Of a stretch of DNA of 64,000 bases, positions 29,857 through 38,755 are shown piece by piece. The notes below the pieces were generated by a model, which was not told the origin of the DNA, searched no databases, and worked only from the letters and a program-made list of their open reading frames with translations. The first letter of the stretch is position 1; each line of letters starts with the position of its first letter. The stretch lies in contig OZ242260.1 in the NCBI GenBank assembly GCA_965207065.1, positions 4,064,001-4,128,000 of the forward strand, read 5' to 3'. The stretch comes from a bacterium (lineage in GTDB: Bacteria > UBA8248). The position numbers and the translations under genes are program-made.

Positions 29857-31355
29857 ACGAAACCCTCGAAATGCGCGAGATGGTCGAGGAGATGGGGGAG
29901 GAACTCACTCCCGGCCAGCGCGTATGGCGTCACCTGCGGCAAAACAGGATGGCGATGGCGGGCGGCGTGGTGCTGGTGTTCTTCTTTGCCCTGGCGGCGA
30001 TTGGCTTCGTCAATTCCGCTCTCATGAGCGAGCCGATGTTCGACGCGAACGTCGTGCGCCTGCCGGACAAGCTCATGGCCCCCTTCTCCGCTCCGACGAC
30101 AAGCCAGATACCCAAAGAAAACCTCCCGCGCCTCGGGATATACGTGTTCGGCACCGACGATCTGGGCCGCGACGTGTTCTCCAGAATGCTCGAGGGCACC
30201 TTCATCTCGATGTCGGTCGGCTTCGTGGCCATCGGCATCGCCACGTTCCTGGGAGTCGCGATTGGCGGGATCGCAGGCTTTTACGGAGAGATCAAGCCAA
30301 GCGGCGCGCCCCTGTTCGGCTTCATCGGGGCGGGCCTCACCGGCTACGCCGTGTGGAACGAGTTGGGATTTCTGGCTTTGCTCTTCTGTGCGCTAGGAGG
30401 AGGCGCCGGGCTATCCGTGCGCCGCGACGGGCGCTCCCTGTTCCTCGAGGGCATGATATTCGGCGCGCTGCTGGGCCTGGCGCTCGGCCCGTTCGATCCG
30501 TTCGGGTTCACCGGCTTCACCTCGGATTCCGGCCTTCAGGTGCGCGCGCCCTATTGGCGCGAGGGATTCCTGGGCGCGGCCTGTCTCGTAACGCTCGCCG
30601 CCTTCGGAGGGGCGCAAGGCGCGAACGCGGAGGAAAGCGCGGCGGACGGCGTCTCCATAAGCGCGGTGACGGGCGGTGGCGCCGTCTATTTCGTCCTCCT
30701 GCTCTTTGGCCTCTATCTCGCCTATCCGGGCCATACGGCGCATCTCTGGACGAGCGTCGGGGGCGCGGCGGTTTTCGTATACCTCTACCAGAGATTCGAG
30801 GTCACCGAGCTGCTTCAAAGATTCCGCCTGCCCAAGGTGGACATCATCTACACCACTATCGTGGACGTGCAGCTTTCGTTCCCCTCGTTTTTCGTGCTCT
30901 TGACCATCCTCGCCCTCGTGACGCCCAACATCTGGATCATCATGGTGGTCATCGGCGTCCTGGGCTGGGTGGGGCCCGCGCGTTTCGTGCGCGCGGAGAT
31001 CCTCTCGCTGCGGGAACAGCCCTTCGTGGAGTCCGCGCGCTCCTCGGGCGGCTCGGACAGGCTCATCATCTTCCGCTATCTCATCCCCAATTCCCTGGCG
31101 CCCGTCCTGGTATCGGCCACCATCGGCATCGCGGGCGCGATCCTGACAGAAGCGAGCCTGAGCTTTCTCGGCTTCGGCGTTCCGCCGCCCCAGGCGAGCT
31201 GGGGGAACATCTTCTCGGACGGCAAGAAATACATCTTCGACGCCCCCTGGCTCACCTTCATCCCGGGTTTTGCGATACTCGTCGTCATGCTCGCCTTCAA
31301 CCTCTTCGGCGAGGGCCTGCGCGACGCCATGAACCCGAGGGCGAACAGCAAATAG
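29853..31355 (+). CDS. Peptide ABC transporter permease (OppC/DppC-like) with large membrane insertion
   Basis: FGTDDLGRDVFSR, RAEILSLRE..FVESAR, EASLSFLGFG, FNLFGEGLRDAMNPR; 500 aa. Confidence 0.9.
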   Translation: MNETLEMREMVEEMGEELTPGQRVWRHLRQNRMAMAGGVVLVFFFALAAIGFVNSALMSEPMFDANVVRLPDKLMAPFSAPTTSQIPKENLPRLGIYVFGTDDLGRDVFSRMLEGTFISMSVGFVAIGIATFLGVAIGGIAGFYGEIKPSGAPLFGFIGAGLTGYAVWNELGFLALLFCALGGGAGLSVRRDGRSLFLEGMIFGALLGLALGPFDPFGFTGFTSDSGLQVRAPYWREGFLGAACLVTLAAFGGAQGANAEESAADGVSISAVTGGGAVYFVLLLFGLYLAYPGHTAHLWTSVGGAAVFVYLYQRFEVTELLQRFRLPKVDIIYTTIVDVQLSFPSFFVLLTILALVTPNIWIIMVVIGVLGWVGPARFVRAEILSLREQPFVESARSSGGSDRLIIFRYLIPNSLAPVLVSATIGIAGAILTEASLSFLGFGVPPPQASWGNIFSDGKKYIFDAPWLTFIPGFAILVVMLAFNLFGEGLRDAMNPRANSK

Positions 31356-31388
31356 CGGCTTGGCGGGGATGGACCGGCTCGGGAGGCG

Positions 31389-31418
31389 TTGACAGCCAAG
31401 CGCGCGCGACGCTATATA
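31389..31418 (+). promoter_or_regulatory. Sigma70-like promoter for the tRNA
   Basis: TTGACA (31389) with an 18-nt spacer to TATATA (31413), ~45 nt upstream of the tRNA. Confidence 0.55.
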
Positions 31419-31462
31419 GCCTCTTGCCCCGAGCGTTGGTTCGAGAAGACGCCCGGGCGCTT

Positions 31463-31549
31463 GCCCAAGTGGTGGAATTGGTAGACACGCTAGCTTGAGG
31501 GGCTAGTGGGGGCAACCCCGTGTCGGTTCGAGTCCGGCCTTGGGCACCA
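31463..31549 (+). tRNA. tRNA-Leu (anticodon GAG)
   Basis: GCCCAAG/CTTGGGC acceptor stem plus ACCA; D-arm TGGTGGAATTGGTAGACA; anticodon arm CTAGC-TTGAGGG-GCTAG; long variable arm; GGTTCGAGTCC T-loop. Confidence 0.97.
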
Positions 31550-31836
31550 CCTACCTTACTGCAATCCCTTGCAAATCAACACTATCTCCCGCAAGCCCCT
31601 TGAAATACAGGGGGTATTAACGACCTGATCCTTTCTCAATTATCGCGGATGAGGTTTGTCCGACGCATCCGAGCGGGCGAGGCGACTTTTTGTTTTCACT
31701 GAAAATTTTTGTTATCGTTCGAACTCAATAATTTTGGACACTACGGTCACTACCCAGACGAATGCACAGACTCGCGCTCCGACTATAGCGTGAGATCGAT
31801 CATGGCGGTTCGTAAGATTTCCCCGTCACCCAGGAG

Positions 31837-32634
31837 ATGGAGATGAAAAGAACCTTCGTCGTCTCGGCCATCGCGGCCTCAGCGGCCTTCGCGACACCCA
31901 CAGACGCGCACAACGCCAACTGCCTGGACTATCTCACGGCCGAGGTCGCGTTCGAGGAGGAGGTCGCTATACACCGGCAAGCCAAAGAGGCAGCCAACAA
32001 CGCGATGAGGAGACCCGAACGGGTTTACCAGAACGCGAAGCGCGCCTCAGAGCAGACCCTCCAGCGAGCCAAATCGATCGCTCACCGGCGAATGAGGCGC
32101 GCAGAAAAGGATGCCGACAGCGTCGCCCGCAAGGCCATATCCGGTGCCAGAAACGCCTTCTCCGCTGCGAGAAGAAAGGCCCACCGCAAAACCAGGGACA
32201 TCGAAAACGGAAGGAAAGCGAGAAGAGCCTTCCGAAAAGCCCGCCGAGAGGCCGAAACCGTTCGGAATCAAGCCATCAAGGAAGCCAAGGCCGCCCGGAG
32301 CAAGGCTTTCCATGCCGCCAAGGCCGCTTACAGAGAAGACGTCAAAACCGCCGAGGCCGCTCGGGACATTACGATCAAAAACGCCAGAATCGCCCGGGAC
32401 AGAACCGCCTATTCCGCAAGGCTCTCCCATCAGCGGGCTACCAAGGCTTACCGCGCCGCCTATGAAAAAGCCCGTGGAACATTGGGCGACGCCTATATCA
32501 GGGCGTATGCGAACCCCTACGGCTTTCGCCGGAAGGTATCGGGATACACCAGGGAAGTCGTCCTGAAGGCGGCGTTCCACGAACGCGTTAATCAGTGCCC
32601 GGAAATGCTCAAGAAACAACCCGAACCGCGATGA
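31837..32634 (+). CDS. Secreted Ala/Arg/Lys-rich helical-repeat protein, unknown function
   Basis: SD AGGAG; signal-peptide-like N-terminus (MKRTFVVSAIAASAAFATPTDA); 11-residue periodic helical body. Confidence 0.7.
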   Translation: MEMKRTFVVSAIAASAAFATPTDAHNANCLDYLTAEVAFEEEVAIHRQAKEAANNAMRRPERVYQNAKRASEQTLQRAKSIAHRRMRRAEKDADSVARKAISGARNAFSAARRKAHRKTRDIENGRKARRAFRKARREAETVRNQAIKEAKAARSKAFHAAKAAYREDVKTAEAARDITIKNARIARDRTAYSARLSHQRATKAYRAAYEKARGTLGDAYIRAYANPYGFRRKVSGYTREVVLKAAFHERVNQCPEMLKKQPEPR

Positions 32635-32819
32635 CACGCTTCGGCGCGCCATGAATGATCCGGGCAGACCCTCCCGGCTCCTCCCCCAACCGGCCTGAAT
32701 CCCCGCCAAAAATAATCCGCGCTTTTCCTGTGGCGAAATCCTCGCCCTGAGACCTATATTGGGAATACAGGTGAGCGACATCTCTATATCGCAAGCCAGA
32801 GCCGCCGAAGGAGATCGGC

Positions 32820-33023
32820 ATGAGCGAATACATCTGGATTTGCCCGAAATGCCTGCACCAGTTTCATGGGCACGTGTTCGATGAGGGCACCTACGGGAAC
32901 GGCCCCATCTGCAACACCTGCTGTGTGGAACTGGAATTCCTGCCCGCAGTGGATGTGGCGGACAAATCCGCGATCCAGGAACGGAACCGCGAGACGGAGG
33001 CCCCTATCCCTCACTCCGCTTGA
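32820..33023 (+). CDS. Small zinc-ribbon-like protein
   Basis: AAGGAG SD; CPKC...CNTCC cysteine pairs. Confidence 0.6.
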   Translation: MSEYIWICPKCLHQFHGHVFDEGTYGNGPICNTCCVELEFLPAVDVADKSAIQERNRETEAPIPHSA

Positions 33024-33275
33024 GGTAGGAGCGCGTGATGCCTGCAGCGTTTTTCGCCGAAACAATGAAGTGAAACCCCGCATCCTGCCTGAAAACCGGA
33101 AAGTCCGTCATTCAGAGAGTTTTTTGTAGAGCGGCGCGTATCTCGCATGGCTCGCCTGATAGACCGCCATGACGTGGGGGCGCGGCCTGCTCCCGCTGCA
33201 CTTCTCGATCAGGTCGGCCAGCGCCTCATCAACCAGGGACTGAAGCTGCCGTCCCTCGCTGCGCGCAAGGTCGCG
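32873..33275 (+). repeat. ~400-bp direct repeat, copy 1
   Basis: CGTGTTCGATGAGGGCACC...GCGCGCAAGGTCGCG aligns by eye with 34867-35268, with scattered substitutions. Confidence 0.92.
33108..33275 (-). pseudogene. 5'-truncated copy of the 35101-35331 antitoxin-like gene
   Basis: RDLARSEGRQLQSLVDEAL...YAPLYKKLSE* with no matching N-terminus. Confidence 0.75.
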
Positions 33276-33544
33276 GCGGGCTTGATGAATCCGGCGCGGC
33301 TTCGATGAGTGGCGGGGAAAGGGAACCGACTACGCGGCGGGGAGAAAATTTTTTTTCCGCTCCCCTTCATCGGGGGAAATCGGCAAAACAGGGCTTCATG
33401 CTCCATGCCGAAAGTGGAAAGGGATTTTTTTATGCGCGCCGTCAATTTCATTACATGGCCGGGCGGGCATGATATGATCTCGCCCGGATGATAACGTCGC
33501 ATGGTTCGACCACTGATAAAGGAGGGAGACGGATAAGCGAGGCG

Positions 33545-33838
33545 ATGAAGTGGACACTCAAAATCACGAAATATGAAGATTATCACCTTAACAACTTAGG
33601 TGTCGACGAACTGAAATATCTCAACGCCAAGGAATGTTTTGCTGAAACGGAAGCGAGAAGAATAGCCTATGAAACCATCGAGAAGCTCATTGATGAATAC
33701 CCGAATCATGATGATAGATGGCTTGAAGGGTTTGAGATCACAATTACTTCCCCATCTGGGCAGGAACAGATCATCACCGCGAATGAGATACCAGAAGCTA
33801 GGCGTGAAAACCTGCGAAGAAAACGGGAAAATGCCTAA
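33545..33838 (+). CDS. Hypothetical protein
   Basis: AT-richer ORF; likely ATG at 33545; no recognisable motif. Confidence 0.5.
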   Translation: MKWTLKITKYEDYHLNNLGVDELKYLNAKECFAETEARRIAYETIEKLIDEYPNHDDRWLEGFEITITSPSGQEQIITANEIPEARRENLRRKRENA

Positions 33839-33973
33839 GAACCGGGGGGGAGGGCCTGCCTTTTCCGCGCACGGCGGCGCATGGGCCGCTGATGGCACCG
33901 CCGCCGCTTACCGATAGGGCACACTTCGGAGGGGTGAGTGACGAACTACGCAGACAAATTGGAGGTACAAAAA

Positions 33974-34750
33974 ATGTCGCAATATCTAATAGTTGATGTG
34001 GATAGTTGGCTAACCCATACAGGAAACGAGAAACCGTATCTGGATGTTGCAATTCCTTCTGTCTTGGAGTCTGTCTTCTGCGCGCTGGTAGGTGCTTTCG
34101 GTAAGTTACCTGACGAACGAATTGAAGTCTCTTGGTGGAAAGATTTACCCAGAGTCCTTTTAGATTCCGGTCCTTATCAAATCCGTATTAATGCTCAAAA
34201 TAGGAATTGGTGCCAATACGTCTATGAGTTCTCGCACAAACTGTGCCATGTAATGACGAACTACAATCGCAACAAAGTACATCGCCATTGTTGGTTTGAG
34301 GAAAGTCTTTGCGAAATGGCGTCGTTATTTGTTTTGCATGAGCTGTCAGAATCTTGGAAAACCAACCCACCTGAGAATGTAAAGGGCGCAGCAGAATTTG
34401 CACCAAACCACGCAATATATTGTGAGAGTGCTGTACTGCAATACATGACCCCAGAAGAATACAACAATATTTCAAGTATACATTTACCAGAATGGTTCGC
34501 ATTAAAACTTAAGGATATGGAAGCCGATTCTTATCTTCGCGACCGCAATGTGGTTGTAGCCCTTGCCCTCTTGGAGCATTTCCAGAGTGCTCCTTCTCTT
34601 TGGGCGGACTGTGGATATCTAAATTATTGGAATGTTCATGAAAACGAAACTTTTGAAGACTATTTGAATTCATGGGAAAAGTGTTTGAAATGCAATGACT
34701 CTGATTCGGTTCGAGTACCTGCCCTCGTTAGAAAAATGTTTTACGGGTAG
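33974..34750 (+). CDS. Hypothetical zincin-like protein (HKxxH in place of HExxH)
   Basis: YEFSHKLCH...WFEESLCE; ATG at 33974 after GGAGG; AT-richer. Confidence 0.65.
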   Translation: MSQYLIVDVDSWLTHTGNEKPYLDVAIPSVLESVFCALVGAFGKLPDERIEVSWWKDLPRVLLDSGPYQIRINAQNRNWCQYVYEFSHKLCHVMTNYNRNKVHRHCWFEESLCEMASLFVLHELSESWKTNPPENVKGAAEFAPNHAIYCESAVLQYMTPEEYNNISSIHLPEWFALKLKDMEADSYLRDRNVVVALALLEHFQSAPSLWADCGYLNYWNVHENETFEDYLNSWEKCLKCNDSDSVRVPALVRKMFYG

Positions 34751-34756
34751 CAAGTC

Positions 34757-35017
34757 GTGAAGATAAACCAGTTGATCGCAAGTCTTGAATCCGCGCCCGT
34801 GGGCGACGGCGATCTACTTGGCAAGCCGTTCAAGGCTCTCCCGTATCAGCGCCGCTTCGTTCGCTCCGTGTTCGATGAGGGCACCTACGGGAACGGCCCC
34901 ATTTGCAACACCTGCTGTGTGGAACTGGAATTCCTGCCCGCAGTGGATGTGGCGGACAAATCCGCGTTCCAGGAACGGAACCGCGAGACGGAGGCCCCTA
35001 TCCCTCATTCCGCTTGA
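34757..35017 (+). pseudogene. Chimeric ORF: phage terminase-large-subunit-like N-terminus fused to a duplicated zinc-ribbon C-terminus
   Basis: LESAPVGDGDLLGKPFKALPYQRRFVRSVF joins exactly at the repeat boundary (34867) to FDEGTYGNGPICNTCC. Confidence 0.55.
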
Positions 35018-35268
35018 GGTAGGGACGCGTGATACCTGCGGCATTCCCCGCCGAAACAAAGAAGTGAAACCCCGCATCCTGTCTAAAATCAGACAGTCCA
35101 TCATTCAGCAAGTTTCGTGTAGAGCGGCGCGTATCTCTCATGGCTCGCCTCATAGACCGCCATGACGTGGGGGCGCGGCCTGCTCCCGCTGCGCTTCTCG
35201 ATCAGGTCGGCCAGCGCCTCATCAACCAGGGACTGAAGCTGCCGTCCCTCGCTGCGCGCAAGGTCGCG
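34867..35268 (+). repeat. ~400-bp direct repeat, copy 2
   Basis: Matches 32873-33275 (offset ~1993-1994). Confidence 0.92.
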
Positions 35269-35331
35269 CATGGCGGCCAGAATCTCAGGATTCACCCGGG
35301 TAGTGAATTTCTCTCGACGGCGGGTCACCAT
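35101..35331 (-). CDS. Small RHH-like DNA-binding/antitoxin-like protein (76 aa)
   Basis: MVTRRREKFTTRVNPEILAAMRDLARSEGRQLQSLVDEALADLIE shows a beta-helix-helix pattern. Confidence 0.65.
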   Translation of the reverse strand: MVTRRREKFTTRVNPEILAAMRDLARSEGRQLQSLVDEALADLIEKRSGSRPRPHVMAVYEASHERYAPLYTKLAE

Positions 35332-35389
35332 AAAACCCCCAATCTTGGGCCCCTCACTCCTCATAATGCCGCACGAGCGCCTCAGACGC

Positions 35390-35971
35390 TCAGGGCCGGG
35401 CTCTCTTGATGCGCCACTGCTTGAACTTCTTCCCGGTAGAGGCGCATGGCGCGAGTTCGAGACCGCGCGACATGAACGGCCCGGCCGACCTGCTGGCGGC
35501 GCCTGCGACGAGGCAAAGCGTCGGATCCGCGCCGGGGCGGAACTCCATCGCCGCGCCGTCGTAATCGAAGTCCTGGCCTGAGGCGTCTTTTGCGCAATCC
35601 AGCAGGCCAAGCGTTACCCCGGCGGCGGCCGGCGCCAGCAGCGCGGCGCATTTCCCGGCAAAAGTGGCCGAAGCGATGCGACGCGCCGCCTCATCGTAGC
35701 GGAACTGCACGTCGCCGCCGCGCGGCTTGCACGAGTGCGCATGCAACCTATCGCTGAACCCGCGTCCACGGGTGTCGATGCACCAGCCAAGCCCATCCTG
35801 CTCGTCCAGGTTGTCCGCCAGGTAGATGACCGGCGCGGGAGTCTTGAGGTCGGGCGGGGCCGCATGCGCCGCTGCCGGGAGACCCAAAAGCAGGAGAAGC
35901 GCCACGCACGCGAGCGTCTTGACTCCCGAGGTGGCGCTGAGATAACCGCCCACAGCTGCGATTTTTTTCAT
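35390..35971 (-). CDS. Secreted ricin-B/beta-trefoil lectin-like protein
   Basis: Signal-like N-terminus; repeated C-x-D...C...Q-x-F/W units (WCID, DVQF, GQDF, KQW). Confidence 0.7.
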   Translation of the reverse strand: MKKIAAVGGYLSATSGVKTLACVALLLLLGLPAAAHAAPPDLKTPAPVIYLADNLDEQDGLGWCIDTRGRGFSDRLHAHSCKPRGGDVQFRYDEAARRIASATFAGKCAALLAPAAAGVTLGLLDCAKDASGQDFDYDGAAMEFRPGADPTLCLVAGAASRSAGPFMSRGLELAPCASTGKKFKQWRIKRARP

Positions 35972-36065
35972 TTTGGAATTCCTCCCTGTCTTCCTGCATT
36001 CCAGGGCCCGCCGCTTCGACCATGCCGAAGTGAGGGAAATGGCACTACCTGACGGGCCTGGCCCC

Positions 36066-36593
36066 TCACCCCTCCTTGGGACGCGGGGCGTGATACCTGC
36101 GGTATTCCTCGCCGAAGCAGAGGGTGGAGAAATCGCGCATCCTGTCGATGAATATCAATCCATCGAGATGGTCGTATTCATGCTGGCACACGCGCGAGGC
36201 GAAGCCTTCCAGCTCCTCGGAATAGGCGCGTCCCTCCGCGTCCAGGGCTTCCAGGCGCACGCGGTCGTTGCGCGGCACGCGGCCATGGATGTCCGGGATG
36301 CTGAGACATCCCTCCCAGTCCTCCCAACCCTCCGCGCCTAAGGCCGTGAGCTTCGGGTTCACGGCCACGCGCAGCGTCGCTTCGTCATCCGGGTCCGTCT
36401 GCATGACGAACAGCCGCAACCCCTCGTGCACCTGCGGGGCGGCGAGGCCCACGCCCGCATATTCTTGCATCGTCTCGATCAAATCGTCGATAAAGCCCGC
36501 AAGTTCGGGACTCCCGAGTCCCTCGGGCGCAATCTCGCGCGCCTTTTCGCGGAGCACGGGGTGGCCCATGCGGGCGACCTTCAGTATGGACAT
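36066..36593 (-). CDS. def: Peptide deformylase
   Basis: GVGLAAPQ, EGCLS, QHEYDHLDG. Confidence 0.97.
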   Translation of the reverse strand: MSILKVARMGHPVLREKAREIAPEGLGSPELAGFIDDLIETMQEYAGVGLAAPQVHEGLRLFVMQTDPDDEATLRVAVNPKLTALGAEGWEDWEGCLSIPDIHGRVPRNDRVRLEALDAEGRAYSEELEGFASRVCQHEYDHLDGLIFIDRMRDFSTLCFGEEYRRYHAPRPKEG

Positions 36594-36602
36594 TCCCCTC
36601 TC

Positions 36603-37319
36603 CTATTCACCCGGGGACGAGGCCGGCGGCAGGGCGGCGAACCAGGCGGCCAGACCGCCCGGGTCCACGGTCTCTTCCAGCGAGTCCACTACGCGGTCGG
36701 CCTCAGTGAGCTTGTCGGCGGGATAGCTCGTCGTCACCGCGAGGGTCCGCATGCCGGCGGCATTGCCCGAGCGCACACCCGCGACGGAATCCTCCACCAC
36801 GAGGCAAGAAATCGGCCGAATCGGCTCGCTCAGATTCTCGCTCATTTGTGCAAGCGCAGTCAGGAAACTCTCCGGATCCGGCTTTCCCCGGCTCACCATC
36901 TCCGCCGTCACGATAATCGGAAAGCAGTCGATCAGACCCACCCGCTCGAGCACGGGCCGCACCTCGTGGCCCAGGGCGCCGCTCGCAATCGCCAGGGGCC
37001 AGTGGCCGGCGGAGGCGCGAATCATCTCCGCCGCGCCGGGCAGAATCTGCGGCGCCAGCGCGATTTCCTGATAGCGCGCTTCTTTCAGTTCCAGAAGCTG
37101 CTCGAAGCGATCGGCCTCGACGGCCACGCCGCGGTCGCTGAGCACGTGGCTGAACAGCAGCCTGTCGTCGAAGGCGAGGTAGCGCTCGGCGTATTCCTCT
37201 TCCGTCAGGTCCAGGTCCAGTTCTTCCGAGAGCACCGCCTGGAACGCCGCCAGGTGGAGCGGCTCGCTGTCCGCGATGGTGCCGTCGAAATCAAAAATAA
37301 TCGCTTTTAATTCCGGCAT
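36603..37319 (-). CDS. HAD family phosphatase
   Basis: FDFDGT, ASG, GKPDP, VEDS..G. Confidence 0.9.
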   Translation of the reverse strand: MPELKAIIFDFDGTIADSEPLHLAAFQAVLSEELDLDLTEEEYAERYLAFDDRLLFSHVLSDRGVAVEADRFEQLLELKEARYQEIALAPQILPGAAEMIRASAGHWPLAIASGALGHEVRPVLERVGLIDCFPIIVTAEMVSRGKPDPESFLTALAQMSENLSEPIRPISCLVVEDSVAGVRSGNAAGMRTLAVTTSYPADKLTEADRVVDSLEETVDPGGLAAWFAALPPASSPGE

Positions 37320-37404
37320 TCTCTCTCCGTTTCCATTGCGGCCACGCCCCGATGGAAGCCTCCGCCTCGCCGCCGCACGCTATCCGCCATCTTTTTGTGT
37401 GGCA

Positions 37405-38169
37405 TTACAGCCACCCTCCTCCGTCTTCGAATATGCTCTCGCCCGTGATGTAGGCCGATGCGTCGGACGCCAGAAAAACCGCAAGGCCCACGATGTCCGC
37501 AGGCTCGCCCACGCGGCCGAGTATCGTCCTCTCGTTCAAGCCCTTCTCGACTTCTGGGTCTGCGAGCGCGGGCGCCAGCATCGGCGTGCGGTGCACCCCC
37601 GGGCAGATACAGTTCACGCGAACGCCTTGCCCGCCCCACTCGGCGGCGAGCGCTTTCGTGAGTCCCACCACGCCGTATTTGCTCGCGTTATACGCCGCGC
37701 GCGCAGGCCTGTGGCCCCGCTCGCCCAGAAACGTGCCGATGTTCACGATGCTGCCCGCACCGCGATCGAGCATCCCGCGCCCGGCTGCCTGCGCGCACAG
37801 AAAAGCGCCCGTGAGGTTCACGTCAACCACGAAGCGGAAATCCTCAGGCGAGACATCCGCGCTCGGGTCGGCGTTGATAACGCCCGCTCCATTTATCAGG
37901 ACGTTGACGCCGCCCAAGGCCTCTTCCGTCTGCTCCACGGCGCGCGTTACGTCTTCAGCATTCGTGACGTCCGCTCCGATGGCGAGCGCGCGGCGTCCCA
38001 ATTCCTCGATTCGGCGCGCCGTTTCGGCCACCAGGTTCTCCCGCCTGCCGAGAGCGGCCACGTCCGCGCCCGCCTCGGCCAGACCCAGCGCCATCGCTGC
38101 GCCCAGGCCCGTGCCCGCGCCCGTCACCAGGGCCGCCTTGCCGTCCAAACGAAATTTATCAAGTATCAA
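37405..38169 (-). CDS. SDR family oxidoreductase
   Basis: TGAGTGLG, NGAG, YNASK, VNCICPG, YITGE. Confidence 0.92.
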   Translation of the reverse strand: MILDKFRLDGKAALVTGAGTGLGAAMALGLAEAGADVAALGRRENLVAETARRIEELGRRALAIGADVTNAEDVTRAVEQTEEALGGVNVLINGAGVINADPSADVSPEDFRFVVDVNLTGAFLCAQAAGRGMLDRGAGSIVNIGTFLGERGHRPARAAYNASKYGVVGLTKALAAEWGGQGVRVNCICPGVHRTPMLAPALADPEVEKGLNERTILGRVGEPADIVGLAVFLASDASAYITGESIFEDGGGWL

Positions 38170-38318
38170 GGCAGAATCCTTTGAAGATGGTTCATTTATC
38201 GGCGATTCGCGCTGCTTCCCTAAAAGCGCCCCAAGCTAGGGGATGGCGCATGGGGGTGTCAATACGGGGGGCGATGTTTCGACCCGAGGCGAGAGCACGG
38301 TGGGACGTATTTCGTCGT

Positions 38319-38755
38319 GGGTTTGTTGAAGAAGTCCATGTATCCCCTTGGTCGGCGACGTGATGATCCCGTAGGGACAGGCCTCCGTGCCTGTCCTGAT
38401 TACACCCATCCTGCAAAAGGACAACCACGGAGGGCAGGACAACCCCGAGGAGGGGTTGTCCCTACAAGCGCCAACGCCTCTTTCTTCACCCTGAGTAGCC
38501 GCCGAAGATAAAACGCGACTGAGAAGGGGTTGTTGAAAAAGTCCCCCATTTTAGGGGGGTAGAGGGGACGTCCCTCTCGACAGGAAAAGCAACCCCCCCT
38601 ACCCCCCCTTGTCAGGGGGGTATAAAAAGGCGATGCATTCCCGCCGGGCAGTGGGGGCTTTGCTTTTTCTTGCCCCCCTGACAAGGGGGGGTAGGGGGGG
38701 TTGATCCTGCTGGATCATACCGACCACTCCCAAGGCCGGCTTTTTCAACAACCCC
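38319..38755. mobile_element. Composite repeat cluster / MITE-like element
   Basis: GTAG palindrome 38371-38396 identical to 15733-15758; GGGGTTGTTGAAAAA (38526) ... TTTTTCAACAACCCC (38755) enclosing an inverted CCCCCCTACCCCCCCTTGTCAGGGGGG pair. Confidence 0.8.

Noticed and set aside
32047-32781. 244-aa minus-strand Gly/Phe/Ser-rich ORF
   Set aside because: Antisense mirror of the Ala/Arg/Lys repeat gene, which has the SD and signal peptide
35340-35352. CTTGGGC as attR copy of the tRNA-Leu 3' end
   Set aside because: Only about 7 nt match, which is expected by chance
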